Below, one piece after another: positions 20,683 through 28,867 of a DNA stretch of 56,260 nt (its first letter is position 1; each line of letters begins with the position of its first letter). A model generated the notes under the pieces. It saw nothing but the letters and a program-made list of their open reading frames with translations, ran no database searches and was not told where the DNA came from. Position numbers and translations under genes: made by a program. The stretch spans positions 1 to 56,260 of the forward strand of contig JAWLHB010000051.1 of the NCBI GenBank assembly GCA_041690595.1. Direction: 5' to 3'. The stretch is from Lentisphaeria bacterium. Lineage in GTDB: Bacteria; Verrucomicrobiota; Lentisphaeria; JABSQK01; JAWLHB01.

Positions 20683-21179
20683 TTTCGATTCAATCCCTTT
20701 AGTTTATTTCCTGCGTGTGTGGTGTTTGGTCAGAATTAGCGGAATTACGCAGGTTGAGCGGATAGATCTCCTATATCGCAAGGTGCGGGCCATTATCGTG
20801 TTTAAGTTGAAGTAATCAAAGAAGAATACCTCATAATTGGGTATTATGGCTGATTGGTTAGCGGATAGTTAGATTTCCGTTAGCAAATACCAAACAATCG
20901 AATAACTGGTCAAAGTTAATTAAAACGCTTCTAAACATAAAAGTAGCGAATGTCGACTGGCTGAGATTCCAACTGTTGCTGTTTACGACAAGATAGGATA
21001 CCAATGATCAGCACAATGCGGGCATGGCACTCGTGTGAGCCGCAGACCGGGCGCTTGGTGCAGGCCGGTATGGACGGGGTGGTGCAGAGGCGCGCGTCTT
21101 GGTCTTGCATTGCTTTTGTGCTGCTCTACATTAGCAAGCAGATGGAGAGGCAGGGGGGGCAGCTGGCAGTGACACGGGA

Positions 21180-23018
21180 ATGGAACTGATCACGATTTCA
21201 GGTGAAGCTTTGGACGACTCAGACTTGCAGAAAATTCTGGACGCCGCGATGGCGGACGTCTCTCCAGAGGATGATTTCGATCTATCGGAATCGTTTGGCG
21301 ATATGACCGAGGAGATGGGGATGGAGGAAGCGGAGGCGGAGCTGATGCATGAGGCGCCCGCCGAGGCAGAACTCAGGTACGACGCTCCGGAAGAAGAAGA
21401 GATGCCGGAGCGTGGTCCCAACCCCGACATCGATGTGAGCATGGAGGACCTGATCTTTACGCTTCGCCACATTGCGTCGGCGGTGATCGATCTGAAGGAT
21501 CAGCTCACGGCGCATGAAACGATGCTCAAGCAGATCATCGGCAAGCAAGGTGAGGCGTTAGGCGGCGACGAGATTCTGTTGCAGAAGCTGGAGGCGGTGG
21601 GGCGGCAACTGGATCAGAAGATCGATGCTCAGGCCGAGAGGACCCACCAGGCACTGTCGGAGTTGGGTACGGGGGTTGAGGAAAACCGACGGCGAATCGA
21701 TGGCTTGCGCGATGCTCATGCTGAGACAGCAAAGGTGGCGACGGCACCGCGTTTGCAGGGGAGCGGCGGTGAAATGGCTGTCGCCGAGGATTTGATCCAG
21801 ACGGTCAAGCAGCATGTGCCGGCGACAGGTGTTGGGGTGGAGAAGGAGGGCGATCGTGCCGAGGCGGGGAAGCCCCGGGTACTCATGCAGATGCCCAATC
21901 GGAATCAGAAGCCCCGACTCGATTTTCTGGACAAGAAGAAGGGTGACAAGCCTGCGAGTTCATCGGGTGAACAGGATTTTGGTGCGGATACGGCAAACCT
22001 GATCAGTCCATTCAAGAAGAGCGGGGATCGCGGGGCGGAAACAAGCAGCTTTCGCAACCGGGCTGAGGGTGAGTCCACAGCTACCATCGTATTAGCGGGA
22101 CGGAGTTCGAGGTCGAATGGTTCGACGATCCCCCCGCCCGCGCCTCCGCATGAGAAGGAGGATGAGGCTGCGTCTGATACGGCCCCTGCCGCGGAACGGA
22201 CGACGGCGACGGAAACGCCGCGCCGACTGTCGATGGTGACGCCACCGCGGAGCGAGAGGATAACCCTTGAGCGTCCGACGATCAGCAGGCCGGCGATTCG
22301 TCGCACGGAGGCTGGAGAGAAGACGGACACGGACAAGGGGGGGACGGAGGAGATACCGGCAGAGACGGATGATGCGGCAGTACCCGAGGAGTCTGGACCG
22401 AGAAACGAAGGGGACGTGCCGGTGCACCCGGTAGTGGCGAAGGTGCAGCGACTGGTCTTCAACTTCAAGATCGCCAGCAGCCAATTGCTGAAGTCGAAAC
22501 AAATCCCGCGCGGGGGCAAGCTCGATGCCGAGATCGGCCGCGTGCTGGCGGAGCGGAGCAACAGCCTGTTACGCGAGTCGTTGACACGGCACGGCAATTC
22601 CTTGGCAGAGGCGCAACGAAACTTCCTGCGCCTTTCGGCTTCGCAGGGGCTGGACCCGCAGGAGTACTGGGGCAAGGAGTTGCTCGACGAGTACATAAAA
22701 TTCCGGACGCACTGGTTCGTGTCGGAAGTGCTGGATAAGGTCGAGAAGGAGATCCGCAAACGGAATCTGGAGGATCATTGGCCGTTGCTCGATGCGCTGG
22801 CCATGGAGATGGAGCTTGGCCGCGTGGAGGTCAAACCGGGGGTTACGGTCTTCGATCCCAGGCGTCACCAGACGCGAGATGGGGAGACGCCGCGTACGGG
22901 TGAGCTTTATCAGATCGTTGTATCGGGCGACTTCAAGGCAGGATATGTGGATCTGAGTACGAGCCAGATCGTGCGCAAAGCCGTCGTGCGCACAACGATG
23001 GTGGCAAAGAATGTTTAG
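21180..23018 (+). CDS. Hypothetical protein: acidic N-terminus, coiled coil, disordered linker, C-terminal ~195-aa domain with GrpE-like tail
   Basis: 612-aa ORF with typical codon usage; C-terminal FDPRRHQ...KAGYVD...IVRKAVV. Confidence 0.8.
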   Translation: MELITISGEALDDSDLQKILDAAMADVSPEDDFDLSESFGDMTEEMGMEEAEAELMHEAPAEAELRYDAPEEEEMPERGPNPDIDVSMEDLIFTLRHIASAVIDLKDQLTAHETMLKQIIGKQGEALGGDEILLQKLEAVGRQLDQKIDAQAERTHQALSELGTGVEENRRRIDGLRDAHAETAKVATAPRLQGSGGEMAVAEDLIQTVKQHVPATGVGVEKEGDRAEAGKPRVLMQMPNRNQKPRLDFLDKKKGDKPASSSGEQDFGADTANLISPFKKSGDRGAETSSFRNRAEGESTATIVLAGRSSRSNGSTIPPPAPPHEKEDEAASDTAPAAERTTATETPRRLSMVTPPRSERITLERPTISRPAIRRTEAGEKTDTDKGGTEEIPAETDDAAVPEESGPRNEGDVPVHPVVAKVQRLVFNFKIASSQLLKSKQIPRGGKLDAEIGRVLAERSNSLLRESLTRHGNSLAEAQRNFLRLSASQGLDPQEYWGKELLDEYIKFRTHWFVSEVLDKVEKEIRKRNLEDHWPLLDALAMEMELGRVEVKPGVTVFDPRRHQTRDGETPRTGELYQIVVSGDFKAGYVDLSTSQIVRKAVVRTTMVAKNV

Positions 23019-23111
23019 GTGTACAAGCATGTTCCGGGACCGGTGCCGTTGGCTTGTGGCTGCTCCACATCGGTCGACCTGCAAATGCCACATGGTTGAG
23101 GCGCTGAGAGC

Positions 23112-25400
23112 ATGAGTAAGAAGGAAGCGCAAGCTGAACCGACGCTGGTGGAGCGCAAAGTGCTTCTGCAGCGTCTCAGCGCTCTGGAGATGCAGGTGAA
23201 GGCACTGCAGCATCAGACCGAGGTACAGCTGCAGGCGTTTCGTTCAAGCATCGGCAAATTGTCCGCCATGGTGGCGGGCTCATTGCCACCGGTCGAGCTG
23301 GCGGAGGTGACCGGAGAAGAGGATGCCGCGCCGCAGGATACCGCGCCCGCACCTTCGCCCGCGGCATCACCGGTGGTGTCATCGCCGGCAGGTGGCGGGA
23401 CCATGTGTCAGGTTCAGATCGGCAAGGGGGTGATCCGTACCGATGCGCCGATGGCGCCGGACGATCTGCCGCATCTGCTCCATGCACCGGCTGCCGCGCC
23501 CACCGCGGCGATGGCGGGGACTACACAGTTGAAGCCTGAGGCTGCTTCGCCGGCGCCGACACCTGTCGTCAGCGACCATGAGAGCGCCCGTCAGTCCTTG
23601 GAGCGTAAGCTTCAGCAGGTGAGGGCGTGGGAGGCCGCGCCGCAGGCCAAACTGCAGACAGAGGCGCTGACGCTCAGTTTCGAGGAGATCAGCGAGCTGC
23701 GCAAGGCTGTGCGGAAGGATCCCGAAGATACGCTCGAGAACCAGGTGGGAAGCGAGGCGACGACACGTCCTGAGCCGAGCAAGCGGACCGGGCCGGATGA
23801 AGCGCAGGAGACAGCGGATGTTCCCTATCCGGCGGACGTGCAGCGCTCGAAGCGGCTGATGTTCGAGTTCAAGGAGGCCATTCAGCAGATCATGACGCAT
23901 CCGGTCATCCCGGAGACGAACGAGCTGATATCCGTGGAGATGCGCGACGAGCTTTCCTGGTATTCTCGCCTGATACTGGAAGATTTTCTGAGCATGCATG
24001 CGAAGGCGAAGCAGAAGGCGGCAGAGCGTTATCGCTCGGTGACGCGGCTGAATCCGAAGCTGACGGATCCTCTGCTTTTCTGGGATCCCGACACGGTGGA
24101 TGAGTATCGCGCCTACCGGACGAGCACCTATATCGAGAAGTTTCTGGATCATCTCGAGGGGGAGATCATGGAGTTGCGCGAGCCGCGTTACTATCAGCTT
24201 CTGGACTTTCTGGCCGAGGTCATGAGCTTGGAACGGCGACAGGTAGAAGCAGGCAAGACGCGCTACCATGCCGGCCTGCACCAGGTGGATGCCGCGCAGG
24301 CGCGGGAACTGGAAGATGAGGAGATCGAGGGCCGGGTCATCGTGCAGGTGCAGAAATCGGGCTATCTGGATACCATCGCGGACGAGCTGATTCGTCCTGC
24401 CATCGTTCGACTTCACCATGAGCGGAAGCGGGAGGCGGAAACCGTGGACGCCGTGGAGGAGAAGAGGGAGAGCGATGACCTGAAGCTTGACTGGGTGAGT
24501 TTAGAAGACGACGAGGATGAGTTCGAGGAAGAGGTGGAAGAAGATACGCAGCCGCTTCGACAGGTCCTTTACACGCCGGAGATTGGTGACGACGCGCCGA
24601 TTGAAGAGGGATACGACATGGTGGCGAGTAACGCGAGCTCTCCCATGGGACAGGAGCCGGCCTATGAGATTGACGAGCCGGAGATGCCCTACGAGGAACG
24701 CCAGGAGCCGGTGAAGAGCGGGCGCAGGGCTTCCATGCCAATGGCGAATGGTCCCGCCGCCTCTTCAAATCGCATGGACATACCGACGCCGCCGGATGTG
24801 ACCCGGTGTCAGAATCACATTTTCAGCCTGAAGATGGCGGTAGCGACGATCACGCGAGAGAATCGTCTGCCGCTGAGCGGCCATGAGCTGGATCAGGAGA
24901 TCGCGGAGTTGCTCAGCGAGAGCAGCACGCGTTATCTGCGCGGCTTCGTGCAACTGCACAAGGAGGGGCTTGCCAAGGCGGGGCAGCGCGCGACGGAGCT
25001 GGCGCGCCAGCCGGTCGACGTGCGGGATCCGAGTGCATACTGGGGGACGGAGTTAGTGGAAAGCTATCGTCTCTACCGGACGACGGTTTTCATCGAGAGT
25101 TTCATGGACAAGCTGGAAGCCCGGATAATCAGCCGCCATCTGACGGATCACCAGGAGCTGATCGACAATCTGGCGATGGAGATGGAGTTGGGCCGGCTCG
25201 GCGTGACGCCGAATGTGACCCGTTTCGATCCGGAGCGGCACACCCTGGCCGCGCCAGCGCCGGCGGATGCCGATTTGCGATCGACCACCATCCTTGCCGT
25301 TTTGAAGTCCGGCTATACGGATCTGGCAACGGGGCAGGTGACGCGAAAGGCGGTAGTCTCGATCAAGCTCAAGCAGTTCACGCCGGGCGGGACTGCGTAA
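23112..25400 (+). CDS. Hypothetical protein with two copies of the same ~195-aa GrpE-like-tailed domain
   Basis: 762-aa ORF with repeats at about aa 236-435 and 556-752, homologous to the C-terminal domain of the upstream gene. Confidence 0.8.
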   Translation: MSKKEAQAEPTLVERKVLLQRLSALEMQVKALQHQTEVQLQAFRSSIGKLSAMVAGSLPPVELAEVTGEEDAAPQDTAPAPSPAASPVVSSPAGGGTMCQVQIGKGVIRTDAPMAPDDLPHLLHAPAAAPTAAMAGTTQLKPEAASPAPTPVVSDHESARQSLERKLQQVRAWEAAPQAKLQTEALTLSFEEISELRKAVRKDPEDTLENQVGSEATTRPEPSKRTGPDEAQETADVPYPADVQRSKRLMFEFKEAIQQIMTHPVIPETNELISVEMRDELSWYSRLILEDFLSMHAKAKQKAAERYRSVTRLNPKLTDPLLFWDPDTVDEYRAYRTSTYIEKFLDHLEGEIMELREPRYYQLLDFLAEVMSLERRQVEAGKTRYHAGLHQVDAAQARELEDEEIEGRVIVQVQKSGYLDTIADELIRPAIVRLHHERKREAETVDAVEEKRESDDLKLDWVSLEDDEDEFEEEVEEDTQPLRQVLYTPEIGDDAPIEEGYDMVASNASSPMGQEPAYEIDEPEMPYEERQEPVKSGRRASMPMANGPAASSNRMDIPTPPDVTRCQNHIFSLKMAVATITRENRLPLSGHELDQEIAELLSESSTRYLRGFVQLHKEGLAKAGQRATELARQPVDVRDPSAYWGTELVESYRLYRTTVFIESFMDKLEARIISRHLTDHQELIDNLAMEMELGRLGVTPNVTRFDPERHTLAAPAPADADLRSTTILAVLKSGYTDLATGQVTRKAVVSIKLKQFTPGGTA

Positions 25401-25431
25401 GGTCGGGACGGATCGGGACAGATCGGCCGGA

Positions 25432-27252
25432 TCATGTCTTGGTGCCACTCTTCAGCGTGGGGAGGAGGGCGCCGAGGTCGGCGACGGATCCGCGGAAGCG
25501 ATCGATAGCACTGTCGATGACGGCGGGATCGCGCAGATCGACACCGGCGGTGGCGAGGATGTCGAGAGGATCGGCGCTGCAGCCAGACTTCAGGAAGCCG
25601 TGATAGGCGTCGACCTCGTCCCTGCCTCCGCCGAGGAGGCGTTCGGCGAAGGCTTGCGCCGCGGCGAATCCGGTTGCGTACTTGTAGACGTAGAAGTTGT
25701 AGTAGAAGTGTGGGATGCGGGACCATTCGAGAGCGATGCGACGGTCCGGTTGAATCGTACCGTGGAAGCGTTTGTTGAGTTCGAAGTAGCTGTTGTTGAG
25801 TTCGTCGGTGGTGAGGGGGATACCCTGCTCTGCCTTTTCATGGATAAGCAGTTCGAACTCGGCGAACATGGTCTGGCGGTACATGGTGGTGCGGAAGTCG
25901 TCGCAGAGATGGCTGAGCAGATATGCCTGAAGGCGCTTGTCGTCCTTCTTCTTGCGGCGCAGGTAGTCGAGAAGGAGGGCTTCGTTGGTGATGGAGGCGA
26001 CTTCGGCCACGACGATGCTGTAGGATGCGTAGAGGTGCGGCTGGCTGGCGTTGGAGAAGTAGCTGTGCAGGGAGTGGCCGATCTCGTGGGCGAGGGTGAA
26101 GGCGCTGTTGAGGTTGTCCTGGTAATTCATGAGGATGTACGGATTGGTGTCGTAGCAACCGCTGGAGTAGGCGCCGGAGCGCTTGCCCTGGCAGTCGAGG
26201 ACATCCACCCAACGCTCCGTGAGTCCCTTCTCCACGACGCGCACATAATCGTCGCCCAGAGGCTGAAATGCTTCCAGAAGCCAGGAGCAGGCTTCCTCGT
26301 AGGGTACCTTCATGTGTACATCCTGAATGATCGGGACGTGCAGGTCGTACATGTCGAGTTCGTCGATGCCGAGCGCATCGCGTCGCAGCGCGAGGTAGTC
26401 ATGGAAGACCGGGAGCCCCTTGTCGATGGCGGTGACGAGGCTGCGGTACAGGGTGGGTTCGACCTGGTCGTGCTGCAGGGAGGCTTCGAGGGCGGAGTCG
26501 AAGTTACGGGCGCGAGCCGTGAAGATGTGCTTTCGCACGTGTCCATCAAGGGTGGCTGCGAGGGTGTTTTTGACGCTGTCATAGGTATCGTAGATGGCGC
26601 AGAAGGCATCGCGCCTGACGCGTCGGTCGGAACTTTCGAGAAAGCGCAGAAAGGAGCCATGCGTGAGCGTCGCCGGCTGACCTTTCTCGTCGTTGACGTC
26701 GGGGAAACGCAGATCGGCATTGTTGAGTTTGGAGAAGGCGTTCTGTGCGGCGCCGAGAGGTTCCGCGACCATGGCCATGAGGCGTTCTTCGGCGGCGCTG
26801 AGGGTATGGGGTTTGTCGCGGAGCAGGAGGGCCATGAGGCGTCTGAAGGGCTTCATCTCCTCTTCGGCGATCAGTGCTTCAAGCTTGTCCTGCTCTTCGG
26901 CGAGGATCTCGGGTTCGATCCATGCCAAGGCGGCGGAGAACTGGCTCCATCGGCTGCGGATTCGATCCTGCATGCCGGAGTAGAAGGAGTTGCGGGTATC
27001 CTCGTCGGACTTGAGGTGGGCGTAGACGTAGAGGGTCTCGAGGAGGCGCTCGAGGTGATCGCGACTTTGCAGGACGTTGGCCAGGTTTGCGGCCGAGGCT
27101 GTCAGGGATCCTTTGAGTGCGCAGAGGGGAGCTTCGGCGCCGGCGAGTTTGCTGAAGGCCTGCTCCCATGCGTTGTCATCGGCAAAGATGCTGGTGAGGT
27201 CCCAGGTCTTCTCGATTGGCAGCTCTTGACGGGTAGCTTGCTGAGCGCTCAT
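25432..27252 (-). CDS. pepF: Oligoendopeptidase F (M3B)
   Basis: TWDLTSIF, GKRSGAYS, PYILMNY, LAHEIGHSLH (HExxH), AEVAS, WSRIPHFYYNFYVYKYATG. Confidence 0.95.
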   Translation of the reverse strand: MSAQQATRQELPIEKTWDLTSIFADDNAWEQAFSKLAGAEAPLCALKGSLTASAANLANVLQSRDHLERLLETLYVYAHLKSDEDTRNSFYSGMQDRIRSRWSQFSAALAWIEPEILAEEQDKLEALIAEEEMKPFRRLMALLLRDKPHTLSAAEERLMAMVAEPLGAAQNAFSKLNNADLRFPDVNDEKGQPATLTHGSFLRFLESSDRRVRRDAFCAIYDTYDSVKNTLAATLDGHVRKHIFTARARNFDSALEASLQHDQVEPTLYRSLVTAIDKGLPVFHDYLALRRDALGIDELDMYDLHVPIIQDVHMKVPYEEACSWLLEAFQPLGDDYVRVVEKGLTERWVDVLDCQGKRSGAYSSGCYDTNPYILMNYQDNLNSAFTLAHEIGHSLHSYFSNASQPHLYASYSIVVAEVASITNEALLLDYLRRKKKDDKRLQAYLLSHLCDDFRTTMYRQTMFAEFELLIHEKAEQGIPLTTDELNNSYFELNKRFHGTIQPDRRIALEWSRIPHFYYNFYVYKYATGFAAAQAFAERLLGGGRDEVDAYHGFLKSGCSADPLDILATAGVDLRDPAVIDSAIDRFRGSVADLGALLPTLKSGTKT

Positions 27253-27396
27253 TATGTCATCCTGTTCGTGCGGTGCGTTGGCAGGTGGGAAGGGAGTTGA
27301 AATGTAGTGTGGGTAAGGGCGAGATGCAACGGCGGGGACGCGGGGACCCGGGGGGACGCGGGGACGCAAGAGGGCAGGTAAATATATGGAAGCTAA

Positions 27397-27424
27397 TTGA
27401 CTTTTGAGTTTCATATGCTATGGT
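27397..27424 (+). promoter_or_regulatory. Sigma70-type promoter with extended -10, pointing into the repeat region and DtxR gene
   Basis: TTGACT (27397-27402), N16 ending in TGC, TATGGT (27419-27424), within an AT-rich patch. Confidence 0.55.
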
Positions 27425-27515
27425 GAGATAATAGTGGCGCTGGATCTTTGGCTTCGTTCATTCTGGCGGATCACGGGGCCAGCGAGGCTTTGGGCGAAAC
27501 GGTAAAGCAGCGGGG

Positions 27516-27630
27516 ATGGGAAGAATGGGAAGAATGGGAAGAATGGGATTGATTCGGGCCGAGGTGTTGGACCTGGGATTTCGAGGTACGCACACGGACG
27601 CACACGGATAAGCACGGACAAACACGGAAG
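27516..27630. repeat. Short tandem repeats (9-bp ATGGGAAGA x3.7; 10-bp-period ACACGGA-type x4)
   Basis: Directly visible at 27516-27548 and 27589-27630. Confidence 0.85.
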
Positions 27631-27661
27631 GCACATTGTGAATCAGTGTTTTATGCTGGGG

Positions 27662-28109
27662 CCGAGGATTCGACCGAGGTTTTTGGGGAGTGGGGGAAGC
27701 GACGAAGCGAAGGCGGGGCCACTCAGGCGAGTGGCGTGACCAGGAAAGCCACCGAGGATTCGACCGAGGTTTTGGAGAGTGGAGGAAGCGGCGAAGCGAA
27801 GGCGTGCACTCAGGCGAGTGGCGGGACCGGGAAAGCCACCGAGGATTCGACCGAGGTTTTTGGAGAGTGGGGGAAGCGGCGAAGCGAAGGCGGGGCCACT
27901 CAGGCGATCAGGAAAGCCACCGAGGATTCGACCGAGGTTTTTGGGGAGTGGAGGAAGCGACGAAGCGACGGCGGGGCCACTCAGGCGACCAGGAAAGCCA
28001 CCGAGGATTCGACCGAGGTTTTTGGGGAGTGGGGGAAGCGACGAAGCGACGGCGGGGCCACTCAGGCGACCAGGAAAGCCACCGAGGATTCGACCGAGGT
28101 TTTGGAGAG
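27662..28109. repeat. Tandem array of 81-90 bp units (5 full plus 1 partial)
   Basis: CCGAGGATTCGACCGAGGTTTT starts at 27662, 27752, 27839, 27920, 28001 and 28082 (periods 90, 87, 81, 81, 81). The intervening sequence is also near-identical. Confidence 0.95.
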
Positions 28110-28256
28110 CGAGAGCGTGGGGGTAAGGCTGGGGAGGGAACTGAGTTGCGAAGCGGGGCCAGGTCGGCTATTGTATGTGTCACACGGGGTGAGCGGGAGT
28201 CTCTCGCATCACTTCCTTTCATCATTTGCGAGTGCAGCAGTTCGGAGAAGGTGGCG

Positions 28257-28805
28257 ATGTCGGACGACCTTTGGAAAGAGTTTGAATCAAATACGCTGAC
28301 ACACAGCGCCGCGCACTACCTGCGCTCTGTCTATGAGCTTCTGGAAGAACAGGGCTACGCACGGGTTATCGATGTGGCGCGGCGTCTGAATATCACTCGC
28401 GGTAGCTGCTCGATCAGCATGAAGGCGCTGAAGAAGCGTGGTTTGATTGTGGAGGACGCGAACAAGTTTCTTACGCTCAGCCAGGAGGGTCGCCGGCTGG
28501 CGGAGATCGTGGAACTGAACGCGGAGTTGCTGGAGACCTTCTTCCACCAGGTACTGGGGCTGGATGCGGAGCAGGCGGAGTTGGATGCCTGCAAGATCGA
28601 GCACCTGATCAGCTTGGACACGAGCATGAAGCTCTACAATTTCATTCAGTTCATACGACGAGATCGCGCCTCGGTGGAGCGTTTTCTGAGCGAGTTTCAT
28701 GAGTTCATGCAGGAGTCGATCTGTCGCGGCGAGGTGGAGAGCTGCGAGATCTGTAAGTCGATCTGTGTCATGGAGCGTCCGGTCGCGAATTCGGAGGATG
28801 AGTAA
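28257..28805 (+). CDS. DtxR/MntR-family metal-dependent transcriptional regulator
   Basis: HYLRSVYELLEEQGYARVIDVARRLNITRGSCS, DACKIEHLIS; ATG 28257 after GGAGAAGG. Confidence 0.9.
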   Translation: MSDDLWKEFESNTLTHSAAHYLRSVYELLEEQGYARVIDVARRLNITRGSCSISMKALKKRGLIVEDANKFLTLSQEGRRLAEIVELNAELLETFFHQVLGLDAEQAELDACKIEHLISLDTSMKLYNFIQFIRRDRASVERFLSEFHEFMQESICRGEVESCEICKSICVMERPVANSEDE

Positions 28806-28867
28806 GTAAATTGAGGCGGACGAGTAACGCTACTAGACATTGACCGATCAGCCATAAAGTTATTAGA

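Noticed and set aside
20683..21179. Sigma28 promoter or replication origin in the AT-rich intergenic region
   Set aside because: I found no correctly spaced TAAA-N15-GCCGATAA and no DnaA-box cluster by eye
21180..25400. Calling these genes grpE
   Set aside because: Only the C-terminal motif resembles GrpE; size, domain duplication and the absence of dnaK/dnaJ argue against orthology
27662..28109. CRISPR array
   Set aside because: The sequences between the conserved cores are near-identical rather than unique spacers, and there are no cas genes in the window
27690..28805. 371-aa version of the DtxR gene
   Set aside because: The extension is translated repeat DNA; family homology and a good RBS start at 28257
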